DNA of 64,000 bases from a virus: the IMG/VR virus record IMGVR_UViG_3300029305_006397. The stretch is one strand, 5' to 3'. The position numbers and the translations under genes are program-made. How positions within the stretch are numbered: position 1 is the stretch's first letter; each line of letters starts with the position of its first letter. Under the pieces are notes generated by a model. It was not told where the DNA came from, searched no databases, and saw only the letters and a list, made by a program, of their open reading frames with translations. Of this stretch, positions 54,730 through 63,256 are shown in pieces.

Positions 54730-55905
54730 TCAAGCTTCTGCTTTAAAATTATAGATGGGTTTAAAACGATCTACGATATCTACGGTTGGGCCAATGCAAT
54801 TAATAATTTCCTGATAATCCTTGTAAACAAAAGGAGCTTCATCCAAGGTTGATTCATTAATGCATGTGGAATATATGCCATTCATAGTTTCGGCATATTC
54901 TTCTACGGTAAATATCTTCTTTGCCTGTGCGCGAGAATACAGGCGACCAGCTCCATGAGGAGCAGAACAATTCCATTCGGTATTGCCCTTTCCTCTGCAG
55001 ATCAAAAGACCATCACGCATATTAAGAGGAATTACAAGAAACTGACCTTGCTGCGCAGAGATTGCGCCTTTGCGCAAAATCATTTCTTTCACATTGATAT
55101 AATTATGTACACTATCAATGCAATAATCGATTTCACCACCCATAGCAGATACGATTGTATGCAACATTATCCATCTATTCTGTTCAGCAAATTCCTGTAG
55201 AATTGCAACGTCATGAAGATAATCATCCATGTCCTGTCCGGTAAGATAACAAAGATCGGGATCAATTGCGATATGATGTTCAGACAGCCATTGCTGGCGC
55301 ATAACAGGTTCAATAAACTGCAGTTGCTCCATGCGCAAATTATAGTTGTATTTCTTTATGCGATTTACGGCGAGGTTCTGGTAGTATTGAGCCACTTTCA
55401 GGCCGATATTGCGACTGCCTGAATGAACAGCGATATATCCATTTTCATACGCTTCGATGAAATGGTTCCCACCTCCAAGAGTTCCAAGGGTACACTTTGC
55501 CCTTTCCTGGGTCGCTTTATCCAATTTGTCCCAGCACCGCAATTCTTCGAAATCTCGTTCCCATACCTTCTCAGTCGAATGTACATCCATACCAAACGGA
55601 ATACTAGATCGGATAGCGGCGTCCAATTCATCAAGGCGAGAATCAAAATCAATATTGGTTTGTACAAGTGATACACCACAACCGATATCTACGCCAACCA
55701 AATTCGGGCATACCTTATCCGTGATATGCATAGTAGTACCGATTACACAGCCAGCTCCGGCATGGGCATCCGGCATGATTCGAATATGTGCGTCCTTACC
55801 CAAAGGAGAATCCGCCATCTTTTTAATTTGATCGATAGCTTGATCCTCAATTGTCTTAGCATAAATGACGACATCATCACCATGGGTAGACTTATATATT
55901 TTCAC
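54730..55905 (-). CDS. rtcB: RNA 3'-phosphate / 2',3'-cyclic-phosphate ligase RtcB
   Basis: Motifs MPDAHAGAGC, GGGNHFIE, HSGSRNIG and SAPHGAGR. GTG start with SD GAAGGTGAG. Confidence 0.9.
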   Translation of the reverse strand: MKIYKSTHGDDVVIYAKTIEDQAIDQIKKMADSPLGKDAHIRIMPDAHAGAGCVIGTTMHITDKVCPNLVGVDIGCGVSLVQTNIDFDSRLDELDAAIRSSIPFGMDVHSTEKVWERDFEELRCWDKLDKATQERAKCTLGTLGGGNHFIEAYENGYIAVHSGSRNIGLKVAQYYQNLAVNRIKKYNYNLRMEQLQFIEPVMRQQWLSEHHIAIDPDLCYLTGQDMDDYLHDVAILQEFAEQNRWIMLHTIVSAMGGEIDYCIDSVHNYINVKEMILRKGAISAQQGQFLVIPLNMRDGLLICRGKGNTEWNCSAPHGAGRLYSRAQAKKIFTVEEYAETMNGIYSTCINESTLDEAPFVYKDYQEIINCIGPTVDIVDRFKPIYNFKAEA

Positions 55906-55985
55906 TTTTTCTCACCTTCTCAGTAAATTCTTCAAGACTATAAAAGGTATTATAAAACCCCTATAATCCTATTTTATACTCATGA

Positions 55986-56624
55986 TTAAACCTCATTCAA
56001 TTCCTTGTACCTTTCCAACAGCGCAGCCATTTCAGGATTCTTATCTGCAATTGCCTGGTAAAGAATAAGTTCCTGATTATCCTTCACCATCTTGTCCATT
56101 TGCTTTTTCAGTGCTTCCTTGGCCTTACGCTGTTCCCGGCGTCTATGATAGGCTTCGAAATCGACCTTACAGACGACTTCTTTTACAGGCATAGTCCAGC
56201 CACTTTCACGGGCTTCATCCTGTGTAGCAAGACCTGAGACCCTACAAACCTGGAATCCACTAGCTGAATCAACAAGCACATAATCATTTACTTTTACCAG
56301 ATGTTCAGGATCGAAAAGTGCAAAATAATAATCCTTCACCGGGTTTGTACCATCAACAAAACGGCAAGCTGCCACCATATAATTTCCAGAAACTGCCATA
56401 TGATTCTTCTCCTTATTCTCTTTTGCTTCTTTTGCAATTTTATATTTGCGACCAACCCATATCAAACTATAGGGACTGTATTCATATGTTCCATAGCCAT
56501 TGTCAAGTTCTACTCTGATACGACTACCATCAAAACAATTTAAAGCTACGATCACGCCATATCTGCCATTGGTATAAGCTTTAGGCGATTGAATTTTCAC
56601 CCGGTCTCCAATAGAAAATTTCAC
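55986..56624 (-). CDS. hypothetical protein
   Basis: Start placed at the GTG at 56624 (SD GGTGA), just after the upstream stop. The ORF-track version overlaps the upstream gene by 80 nt. Confidence 0.5.
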   Translation of the reverse strand: MKFSIGDRVKIQSPKAYTNGRYGVIVALNCFDGSRIRVELDNGYGTYEYSPYSLIWVGRKYKIAKEAKENKEKNHMAVSGNYMVAACRFVDGTNPVKDYYFALFDPEHLVKVNDYVLVDSASGFQVCRVSGLATQDEARESGWTMPVKEVVCKVDFEAYHRRREQRKAKEALKKQMDKMVKDNQELILYQAIADKNPEMAALLERYKELNEV

Positions 56625-56625
56625 A

Positions 56626-57117
56626 TTAATCACCAGCCTGATTCTTAGCCGATGCGCCTTTGAGCTTTTTAACAACGGGCTTATGTCGCAAAAGCTTTTC
56701 GTCATCCGAAGTAAACACCTTAGTTACGGTAACGACAGATGTATTGGAACCATCCTTGCATTTGGATTTGACCTGTACAATATCTCCAACTTCAATAGAC
56801 ATGCGCTTTGCAACGCGCCAGGTATATTCCTTATCATTTCCTTCAAATTTGCCGCAGATATATACCGAGACTACGTTATCAAGCTGTTTCTGCTGCTCAG
56901 ATACAGAAATATAGGGAATATGATCCATTCCGGCTTCGATAGCTACAAGATAACGAACATAGCCATCGACAAGGACATTATCGGATAGAACTACGGGGCG
57001 ATCCAATTTACCATTTTCTTTGAGGTATGTACGAACGACATCCATTTTGTGAGTACCAGGTTTAGTGTTGCGAAAAGACGACGGTACATAGATATCCTTA
57101 ATGTTGATCTTTTTCAT
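56626..57117 (-). CDS. ParB-like nuclease-domain protein
   Basis: N-terminal ...PVVLSDNVLVDGYVRYLVAIEAGMDHIPY resembles the ParB/Srx DGhhR motif region. Confidence 0.55.
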   Translation of the reverse strand: MKKINIKDIYVPSSFRNTKPGTHKMDVVRTYLKENGKLDRPVVLSDNVLVDGYVRYLVAIEAGMDHIPYISVSEQQKQLDNVVSVYICGKFEGNDKEYTWRVAKRMSIEVGDIVQVKSKCKDGSNTSVVTVTKVFTSDDEKLLRHKPVVKKLKGASAKNQAGD

Positions 57118-57146
57118 TATTGTGCCTCCAATTCATATGTCGTGAG

Positions 57147-57587
57147 TTATTCAACAACCAGTTCAAGTTTTGTAAAAGTGGAAAGTTCATCGACAAGATA
57201 GATTTCAAAGCAATCGCAGCCATCCTGAGTGCCAACGTATTTAAAAGCAATATGTGCAATATCCAATGCTTCTTCTACCATATAATCGTAACCATCCTGA
57301 TCGAGAATCCAGAGGGCATCGGTACATTCAGAAAGGCGCAGATTGTAACCGTAGTCAAAACCCAGCAAGTCAAAGCTGCCTCTATTCTTTTCGTAATCAA
57401 GGACTCGAAGTGTTTTGATGGTACGAGATTCTTTAATTTCTGAGCGAATGCGGCGCAACACAAAAATGGGATCATCAAAAGATTGGGAAACCTCGTTAAT
57501 CCATGAATGATCCTGGGTAAATAAAGAACAAGGATTATCGATGATTTGAAGATGAAAAGGATTGGCGACGATGATTTCAGTATTCAT
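57147..57587 (-). CDS. hypothetical protein
   Basis: 146 aa with SD AAGGAGAG. Preceded by two short upstream ORFs. Confidence 0.55.
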   Translation of the reverse strand: MNTEIIVANPFHLQIIDNPCSLFTQDHSWINEVSQSFDDPIFVLRRIRSEIKESRTIKTLRVLDYEKNRGSFDLLGFDYGYNLRLSECTDALWILDQDGYDYMVEEALDIAHIAFKYVGTQDGCDCFEIYLVDELSTFTKLELVVE

Positions 57588-57626
57588 AAAAATCTCTCCT
57601 TATAAAATAATCTTAAACTGGTATTC

Positions 57627-57655
57627 TTTACAAGGAGTAGAAAATGTGCTATGAT
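57627..57655 (+). promoter_or_regulatory. plus-strand sigma-A/sigma-70 promoter of the antisense sRNA
   Basis: TTTACA (57627-57632), a 17-nt spacer, then TATGAT (57650-57655) preceded by TGTGC (extended -10). Confidence 0.6.
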
Positions 57656-57659
57656 ATAG

Positions 57660-57838
57660 ACGCATAAAGACCTCCAAGTACGGCATCTTTTCGCATAAAG
57701 ACCTCCTGTACTGAAGCCTTTATGTCCAACAAAGCACACTTAACGAAGCCATCCGGTAAAGACGGCCAATTAAGCTGTTTTGTTGTTGGGGCCACCTTGA
57801 GTTGATCCGCCAAGATTCAGAACTCAAGGTGGTTTTTA
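57660..57838 (+). ncRNA. candidate ~175-nt antisense sRNA
   Basis: Bounded by the promoter above and a 12-bp terminator stem. Carries two copies of CGCATAAAGACCTCC (anti-SD/anti-ATG). It is the only plus-strand transcription unit seen in about 57 kb. Confidence 0.55.
57792..57838 (+). terminator. rho-independent terminator of the sRNA
   Basis: CCACCTTGAGTT / AACTCAAGGTGG 12-bp stem followed by TTTTT. There is no U-tract on the minus strand. Confidence 0.75.
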
Positions 57839-57882
57839 TGTTCCAGAACGCTTATCGAACAAGCGTTTGGTTGATATTTCTA

Positions 57883-57911
57883 ATGATACCACATAATGTC
57901 ACGTTTTGCAA
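57883..57911 (-). promoter_or_regulatory. minus-strand sigma-A/sigma-70 promoter convergent with the sRNA promoter
   Basis: On the minus strand: TTGCAA, a 17-nt spacer, then TATCAT preceded by TGTGG. Confidence 0.55.
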
Positions 57912-57948
57912 TGGTACTAAATGGGATTTTCAGAACATTCGTTCGATT

Positions 57949-58905
57949 TTACGTTTTGTTCGGGCTAATTGGTACATCAAACATATCTACTCGTCCACGC
58001 ATAGTAACAAGAAAATTCGGAAGCTCAGACTTGTATTTACTTCGTTTCAATTCATTTTGAATAATTTCAAATCCTCGCTTATTTCGGGAGCGCTTTTCAA
58101 ATACCTCAGACATATCAAGTCCTTCCTTATGAAGATTGATCGCAATACGATGCATAATTCCACTTATATAAACATCATACGGGCGAATATCATAATCAAT
58201 ATAGCGTTTTGCAATATTTCTAAACGCAGTTTGATGTTTAACGTGGGCAAACCTCCCGTCAGACGAAGATCGAGCTGCCATCTTGAAACAACTATCTACA
58301 TGTTCGCCTTCCAATGGAGAACGAGAAACCGTTCCGAATCGGTTGGGATGTTCCCAAACACTTATTTTGCTAAGTTCTATGAGATCGTTAGCAAGTTTTG
58401 CAGATATTTCCAAATCGTAGATTTCGCCCTCGTCTGTGTGCAAAGTTACAAAGCCATCATGGATATCTTCACTCTTCAAGTGAACCAACACATCCAAATT
58501 ATCATTATAAATGCCTTCATAAATAGAACGCATCAGACAGGTATAGTACAGCACATTGTATTCTTCTTCAGTTTGAATCCTGGAGCAAAGAGCTTCAAAA
58601 TCTGCATTTGAGATGTATTTCTTTGAATTTTCCTTATACATTTCCCAAAACACGCCTTTATCAAATCTGCGAACAGCGCTAACGATATCTTTTCTGTTTA
58701 TAAAATAAGCATATTTTATAATAATGGTAAGATATTGAGATACAATGCGATCCGATACAGGTTTAGCCTCAATGAGAATATCAGCAATCGACTGCTGTGT
58801 AAAACTTTCAAAATCATATTCTTCCAAAGCGGTAAATGTTTTTGCAGTTCGTTTCAATCCAGAAGATTCGATTGAATCTAAAAACCGGGCATACGTTTCC
58901 TTCAT
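57949..58905 (-). CDS. hypothetical protein, possibly a degenerate tyrosine-recombinase-like fold
   Basis: 318 aa with SD AGAGAGGAAA. The layout is loosely integrase-like, but no H-x-x-R / Y catalytic set could be identified. Confidence 0.55.
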   Translation of the reverse strand: MKETYARFLDSIESSGLKRTAKTFTALEEYDFESFTQQSIADILIEAKPVSDRIVSQYLTIIIKYAYFINRKDIVSAVRRFDKGVFWEMYKENSKKYISNADFEALCSRIQTEEEYNVLYYTCLMRSIYEGIYNDNLDVLVHLKSEDIHDGFVTLHTDEGEIYDLEISAKLANDLIELSKISVWEHPNRFGTVSRSPLEGEHVDSCFKMAARSSSDGRFAHVKHQTAFRNIAKRYIDYDIRPYDVYISGIMHRIAINLHKEGLDMSEVFEKRSRNKRGFEIIQNELKRSKYKSELPNFLVTMRGRVDMFDVPISPNKT

Positions 58906-58992
58906 TATTATTTCCTCTCTTTCTTTTCAATGGGGATTTGATAACTTTCTTTGGGATAATCAAAAATAAGCATTGTTGCTTGTTATACTCGC

Positions 58993-59439
58993 TCAATAAG
59001 GGCCTCGATAAATCTTGCCAGTGAAGTTGCCGTTTTTATCCTGCTCCCATATACAATCATACATACCGATTAAACGATTTCTGTATACCTGGCTGGGTTC
59101 GTTACCTTCGTAAATCTTGTCGTCCTTATATCTGATTTTATCGTATTCATATCGGTTCCAGTCGATGATTTTTGCCACAGGCAGAGGATGTTGTTTAATG
59201 ATTTTGCGATACTTACCATCGCTATACCATTCATTGATCTGGCGTTTCTCGAAATGCTCAATATCCCACTTCCAGCTTTCGATATCGACAACGCCCTGGG
59301 GGATGGGATCTTCAGGAAGATAATAGAGCGTTTTCCTGATCTCGGCGGCACGGGCATTGGTTTCTCTGGTTTTCTTATTCTGCGCAGCGGCAGCTGCGCC
59401 CCAAAGGAAAAGACCTGCGAGAAGTTTAATCATCAACAT
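58993..59439 (-). CDS. hypothetical secreted protein
   Basis: Start at MLMIKLL (SD AAAGGAG). Signal-peptide-like LLAGLFLWGAAAAAQ. Confidence 0.55.
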   Translation of the reverse strand: MLMIKLLAGLFLWGAAAAAQNKKTRETNARAAEIRKTLYYLPEDPIPQGVVDIESWKWDIEHFEKRQINEWYSDGKYRKIIKQHPLPVAKIIDWNRYEYDKIRYKDDKIYEGNEPSQVYRNRLIGMYDCIWEQDKNGNFTGKIYRGPY

Positions 59440-59449
59440 TCGACTCCTT

Positions 59450-60253
59450 TCAAATATATTCAAGACCAAGTTCCACGCTATTGAAAATGCTTTCTACTTC
59501 GGTATCCATGATGCCAATATACTTTAGTGTAACTTGCGGACTGGAATGACCAAACGCCTGTTGAAGTATAACCAGTGCTTTAGACTTATCTTCTGCGTTG
59601 TGCCATCTCCAATAGCCCCACGTTTTTCTCAGTGAATGCGACCCGATATTTTGTTTGATTCCAGCTTCCGCCGCTGTATCTTTTATAACTCTCCAGAGAT
59701 ATTTAGATTCAATCGGATCGTTTCCCTTTTGAGAAGGAAAAAGGTAATCGTCTAAATTATCTATTGGGTATTCTGAAATGAAATTCATAATTGCAGCCTG
59801 TACAGTTTGATTGAAAAACAGCTTTACAAATTTCTTTTGCTTCTTTTGCTTTTGCGGTTGCAAGGCATAGAATTGTTTAAAAGCAAGGTTTCCGGCATTA
59901 TTTCGTTCGAGAAAGAACGACCAGCGCAAAGTGCGAAGATCGGATGCCCGAACACCAACATTGATTCCGATCAAAAACAGTAGCTTGTTTCGCGAAGCAG
60001 TTTTTTTGCGACATACGCCAGAAGCTGACGTAATATGTTTATCAAATATGGCGATCATCGCCTGAATTTCTTCCTGGGTGCGAAATGCGTACACTTCTGA
60101 AGATTCGCCTGCAATTTTATTATTGCGGCTTTTATTGATCGAACCATCCAGATTGTACTTGACTTTCTTTTTCTGTTTACCGCCCTGCAAAACGCTAAGA
60201 GGAACGATGTTTGAAGTGTCCCGTTCAATCGGGAAAGCGACCACATTATTCAT
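59450..60253 (-). CDS. tyrosine recombinase / integrase (second copy)
   Basis: GSHSLRKTWGY (H-x-x-R) and FGHSSPQVTLKYIG (H ... Y). The ATG at 60253 overlaps the upstream stop (ATGAATAA). Confidence 0.8.
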   Translation of the reverse strand: MNNVVAFPIERDTSNIVPLSVLQGGKQKKKVKYNLDGSINKSRNNKIAGESSEVYAFRTQEEIQAMIAIFDKHITSASGVCRKKTASRNKLLFLIGINVGVRASDLRTLRWSFFLERNNAGNLAFKQFYALQPQKQKKQKKFVKLFFNQTVQAAIMNFISEYPIDNLDDYLFPSQKGNDPIESKYLWRVIKDTAAEAGIKQNIGSHSLRKTWGYWRWHNAEDKSKALVILQQAFGHSSPQVTLKYIGIMDTEVESIFNSVELGLEYI

Positions 60254-60956
60254 GTACGATTTCAATCCTTTCTTTAATTTTTGATGTGTCAATGACCAAT
60301 TCATCTTCATCTCGGCCATTGAAATAAGCGAGGATTTCAGATTTATCGACGGTTGCCCTTTGAATATAACCTTTTTCATCGGCTATATCAAAGCGGTGGG
60401 CAAACCACTTTGCAGTTTCAAGACTCCAAGTCCACGAAAGACCATTGGGGTTACGACCCACAGAGACGCCACGATATACCGTAAGATGCTGAGGCAACCT
60501 TTCGTAATAAGCAAGTTCATCAGCATCCATGAGATACTTTTTATTTGCCTGACGGAACCACGATGCAGCTGTACGCAAGGAAACATTTGCATCTTGATTT
60601 GGATTTTCTACGTTTACCCATACAGTTGCCAACATCCGATCCCGTTCTTCCTTTGAAAGATAGGTGCGGATATGTTTTAGAAAAGTAAGCTGATAAGCTT
60701 TTCGGATCATCATGACGACGCCAAATGCATTAGTTTGCTTATCAATTACCGGAAGCATTGCTTCACGAGCAAGATTAAGCTCATTTGAATCTAACAGATT
60801 CAGCATTTTCCATTCGCCATTAATCATCGCTGGATGCGTTGCAGTTTCAAAAACAGGGTGATAGAGAATAAAAGGCAAATCGCTTTGATGGATATTCATA
60901 TATAAGAATATCCTTGCCATTCTCTTGACTTCATTCAAATCAGTTTGCCTTTTCAT
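60246..60956 (-). CDS. putative ADP-ribosyltransferase (R-S-E type) with unknown N-terminal domain
   Basis: The C-terminal third has LTVYRG (Arg), GLSWTWSLETAKWF (S-x-S region) and GRDEDELVID (E-x-E). Start at MKRQTD (SD GGGAGAA). Confidence 0.5.
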   Translation of the reverse strand: MKRQTDLNEVKRMARIFLYMNIHQSDLPFILYHPVFETATHPAMINGEWKMLNLLDSNELNLAREAMLPVIDKQTNAFGVVMMIRKAYQLTFLKHIRTYLSKEERDRMLATVWVNVENPNQDANVSLRTAASWFRQANKKYLMDADELAYYERLPQHLTVYRGVSVGRNPNGLSWTWSLETAKWFAHRFDIADEKGYIQRATVDKSEILAYFNGRDEDELVIDTSKIKERIEIVHE

Positions 60957-60976
60957 GCTCAATTCTCCCATTTATT

Positions 60977-60995
60977 TTTGCACATTATGTTTGTA
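60977..60995 (-). promoter_or_regulatory. conserved promoter-like motif
   Basis: TTTGCACATTATGTTTGTA, upstream of the ART-like gene. Confidence 0.55.
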
Positions 60996-61070
60996 TAAAA
61001 TGCATAATCAGGTTTGCAAGCCCCTGATCTGATATTATTTTACCATATTTTGTACAGAAAATCAATCCCT

Positions 61071-61090
61071 TAAACATGATATGCAAAAAT
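61071..61090 (+). promoter_or_regulatory. the same motif in opposite (plus-strand) orientation
   Basis: TAAACATGATATGCAAAAAT on the plus strand, differing by 1 nt from the minus-strand reading of copy 54510-54528. It points into the 3' end of a minus-strand gene. Confidence 0.4.
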
Positions 61091-61106
61091 TAATTTTCAT
61101 ATGCCA

Positions 61107-61463
61107 TTACATGATTGTTACTTCAATAGAGGTTCCTTCATAATTCCCCGACATGATTTCATAGCAAGAATCGGAAACAGAGGTAATGTTGATAAACTGA
61201 ATCGCTTTATCAAACATATTGTAGATAATCGGGAGTAAATAGCGGTGATTTGAGCACACATGAATATCACAAAGGATTCTTTCAAGAAATGTTCTTGCCT
61301 CAATTTTACAACTGGAAGCTAAAGCTTTTTCAAATTTTCCATGAATATTATACCATTCGTATCCTTCGGTATAAAAATCGGCCATTTTGCGAATAGATGG
61401 ATCGAGATCGAGCAATTCGAAATCGCCATCTGTTTTAAGTGTTATGTCGATTTCAATAAGCAC
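61107..61463 (-). CDS. hypothetical protein
   Basis: 118-aa ORF in the train. Confidence 0.5.
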   Translation of the reverse strand: MLIEIDITLKTDGDFELLDLDPSIRKMADFYTEGYEWYNIHGKFEKALASSCKIEARTFLERILCDIHVCSNHRYLLPIIYNMFDKAIQFINITSVSDSCYEIMSGNYEGTSIEVTIM

Positions 61464-61466
61464 ACT

Positions 61467-61844
61467 CTACCCCACCTTTTCTTCGGTATTCTCATATCGG
61501 ATGCGATCCATTATACGCTGAAAAATCCAATGAACGCGCAGAAAGCGATCCCATGACCAACGATCAGAACAATAGAAGGTTTCCCAACGCAGCATATCAA
61601 ACCAATCGTATACTGATTTTGATTTCTCTGCTTCTGTTTCCCATAAATGTTCCCAGTTACCCTGACACAAATTTTCCAGTAGGAAATTGGTTCTCCCAAT
61701 CATTCCAAATTTCCAGAATAAAAGATTCCTGGCAAAACGAAAATAATCTCGCTGAAAGTTGATAGAGGAGACATACCACGGACATGCATTTTGTTTTGCT
61801 GTAACTTTATTTATAAATTTCCTCGTAATTAAATAATGAAACAT
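61467..61844 (-). CDS. hypothetical Trp-rich protein
   Basis: 125-aa ORF in the train. Confidence 0.5.
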   Translation of the reverse strand: MFHYLITRKFINKVTAKQNACPWYVSSINFQRDYFRFARNLLFWKFGMIGRTNFLLENLCQGNWEHLWETEAEKSKSVYDWFDMLRWETFYCSDRWSWDRFLRVHWIFQRIMDRIRYENTEEKVG

Positions 61845-62123
61845 TTATTCCACCTCCGTATCAAACCCCAAGTCCATAAGCAGCTCACGAACTTCAGAAA
61901 TTCCATCACGAAAAGACTGTTGTACAAGAGATTCGGTACGCAATAGCTTTTCATGGTCGATCAACATTTCGTATCTAGACGCACTGATATTCCTTTTATT
62001 AGTATGCTCTGCGTCAAGGAGTTCCTTGACGACCAGCCTTCTTTCTTCTTCCATTTCAGCAAGCTTTTTACACTCTTGGCGGTATAATTCGGATACTTTA
62101 TCGATGACCTCTGACATTTTCAT
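61845..62123 (-). CDS. hypothetical coiled-coil protein
   Basis: Start at MKMSEVI (SD AAAGGAGAA), overlapping the upstream stop. Confidence 0.5.
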   Translation of the reverse strand: MKMSEVIDKVSELYRQECKKLAEMEEERRLVVKELLDAEHTNKRNISASRYEMLIDHEKLLRTESLVQQSFRDGISEVRELLMDLGFDTEVE

Positions 62124-62371
62124 TTGTTTTTCTCCTTTACCATATCGGCCTGTTTTCTGCAATTCAAGGCATATTCCAGGCTGAAATTATCCAGATGCCC
62201 ATAGATACTTAAATCTCTGGCATTCTGCATACAGGCATAGAGCAGCAAAAATCTTTCATTTCGATCTTCATCGCCAACCTCATCCAAAGCATTACAGATA
62301 CAGTTAAGCTCCTCGGCTGACAAACAGACGACTGCTTTTCTTTCCACCTTGGAAACACTATTAATAATCAT
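62120..62371 (-). CDS. hypothetical protein
   Basis: 83-aa ORF in the train. Confidence 0.5.
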   Translation of the reverse strand: MIINSVSKVERKAVVCLSAEELNCICNALDEVGDEDRNERFLLLYACMQNARDLSIYGHLDNFSLEYALNCRKQADMVKEKNK

Positions 62372-62581
62372 TTATTCTGCCTCCGTCCATATATCTTTTT
62401 CCTGAATAGATGGAATTTCAATTTTTGTTTCGCGCCCATATTTATCTTTGACGTAGAAAATATATTCTATATCTCTATCACCGGAAACGATATAGCCTAT
62501 AGATGCTACAGATCCTACACCGTGCAACATTTCATACGCTTGCAAAAACGCAATAATTTGACTTGTACTTGCAGTTTTCAT
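62372..62581 (-). CDS. hypothetical protein
   Basis: 69-aa ORF in the train. Confidence 0.5.
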   Translation of the reverse strand: MKTASTSQIIAFLQAYEMLHGVGSVASIGYIVSGDRDIEYIFYVKDKYGRETKIEIPSIQEKDIWTEAE

Positions 62582-62582
62582 T

Positions 62583-62918
62583 TTACTTTACCTCCGTCCA
62601 GCCATTGCGCTGGATAATTCTGCGCATATTTTCAGCGCCTACAGGGTTCATGCTATGGATTCTGATGGGGTAATTGCGGCCAGTTTCTTCAAGCCAATCA
62701 AGTAACTTAATATAGTCGCCGCCATACTGGGCATAGTCGCCTGCGTCATGATCAAGGTCAATGAGTTCAATAGGTTCAATGCTTTCAATATCACCAAATT
62801 CTTTGATTTCATTTTCTCTAATCTGAATCTCTTTAATTGCTCTCCATACGCTATGGCACCAAACATAACCCTCCGGCGCAGGACGAACGTCATCCACCCA
62901 AAGCTTCATTTCATCCAC
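62583..62918 (-). CDS. cyclic-phosphate-processing receiver (CPR)-like domain protein
   Basis: LWVDDVRPAPEGYVW ... IDLDHDAG ... LLDWLEE ... IRIHSMNPVGAENM matches my recollection of the CPR family pattern (LW.DD.R..P.GW, SLDHDLG, HS.NPVG). Confidence 0.5.
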   Translation of the reverse strand: MDEMKLWVDDVRPAPEGYVWCHSVWRAIKEIQIRENEIKEFGDIESIEPIELIDLDHDAGDYAQYGGDYIKLLDWLEETGRNYPIRIHSMNPVGAENMRRIIQRNGWTEVK

Positions 62919-63241
62919 TCTCCAAATCCATTTACATAGTGATTTCCATCGCTGCGAACCCTGACAAGCGTAAATGCCCTGGCAATGCGTTCACCCAAAG
63001 AGATATGCTCTTTATCAAACACATCATCAAATAGGCGCATGAACGTGCTGGGTTTATCGCAGGTATCGATGTAATCATACATGGCTGTACGCATGATTTC
63101 CGCCATTTTATATTCGCTGTAATGGTGGATAGGACAGGCACATTCTTCCGACATATAAGCCTTGACGCCATCGATTACATCGGCAGTATTTTCAGATCGA
63201 CGTTTGCAAGCCATAATGATATTAAACGTTCTTTCAGTCAT
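62906..63241 (-). CDS. hypothetical protein
   Basis: 111-aa ORF in the train. Confidence 0.5.
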   Translation of the reverse strand: MTERTFNIIMACKRRSENTADVIDGVKAYMSEECACPIHHYSEYKMAEIMRTAMYDYIDTCDKPSTFMRLFDDVFDKEHISLGERIARAFTLVRVRSDGNHYVNGFGEWMK

Positions 63242-63256
63242 ATTTCTTCGTCCTCC

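Noticed and set aside
57661-57722. The two 31-nt units as a type III (ToxI-like) antitoxin repeat array
   Set aside because: There are only two imperfect units; just the first 15 nt are identical. No credible same-strand toxin ORF follows the terminator. The antisense-leader interpretation explains the sequence better.
57802-58611. 269-aa plus-strand ORF downstream of the sRNA
   Set aside because: It begins inside the sRNA terminator stem, has no SD and has shadow-frame composition. The opposing 318-aa minus-strand ORF has a good SD and a normal composition. This also argues against a type III toxin gene following the repeats.
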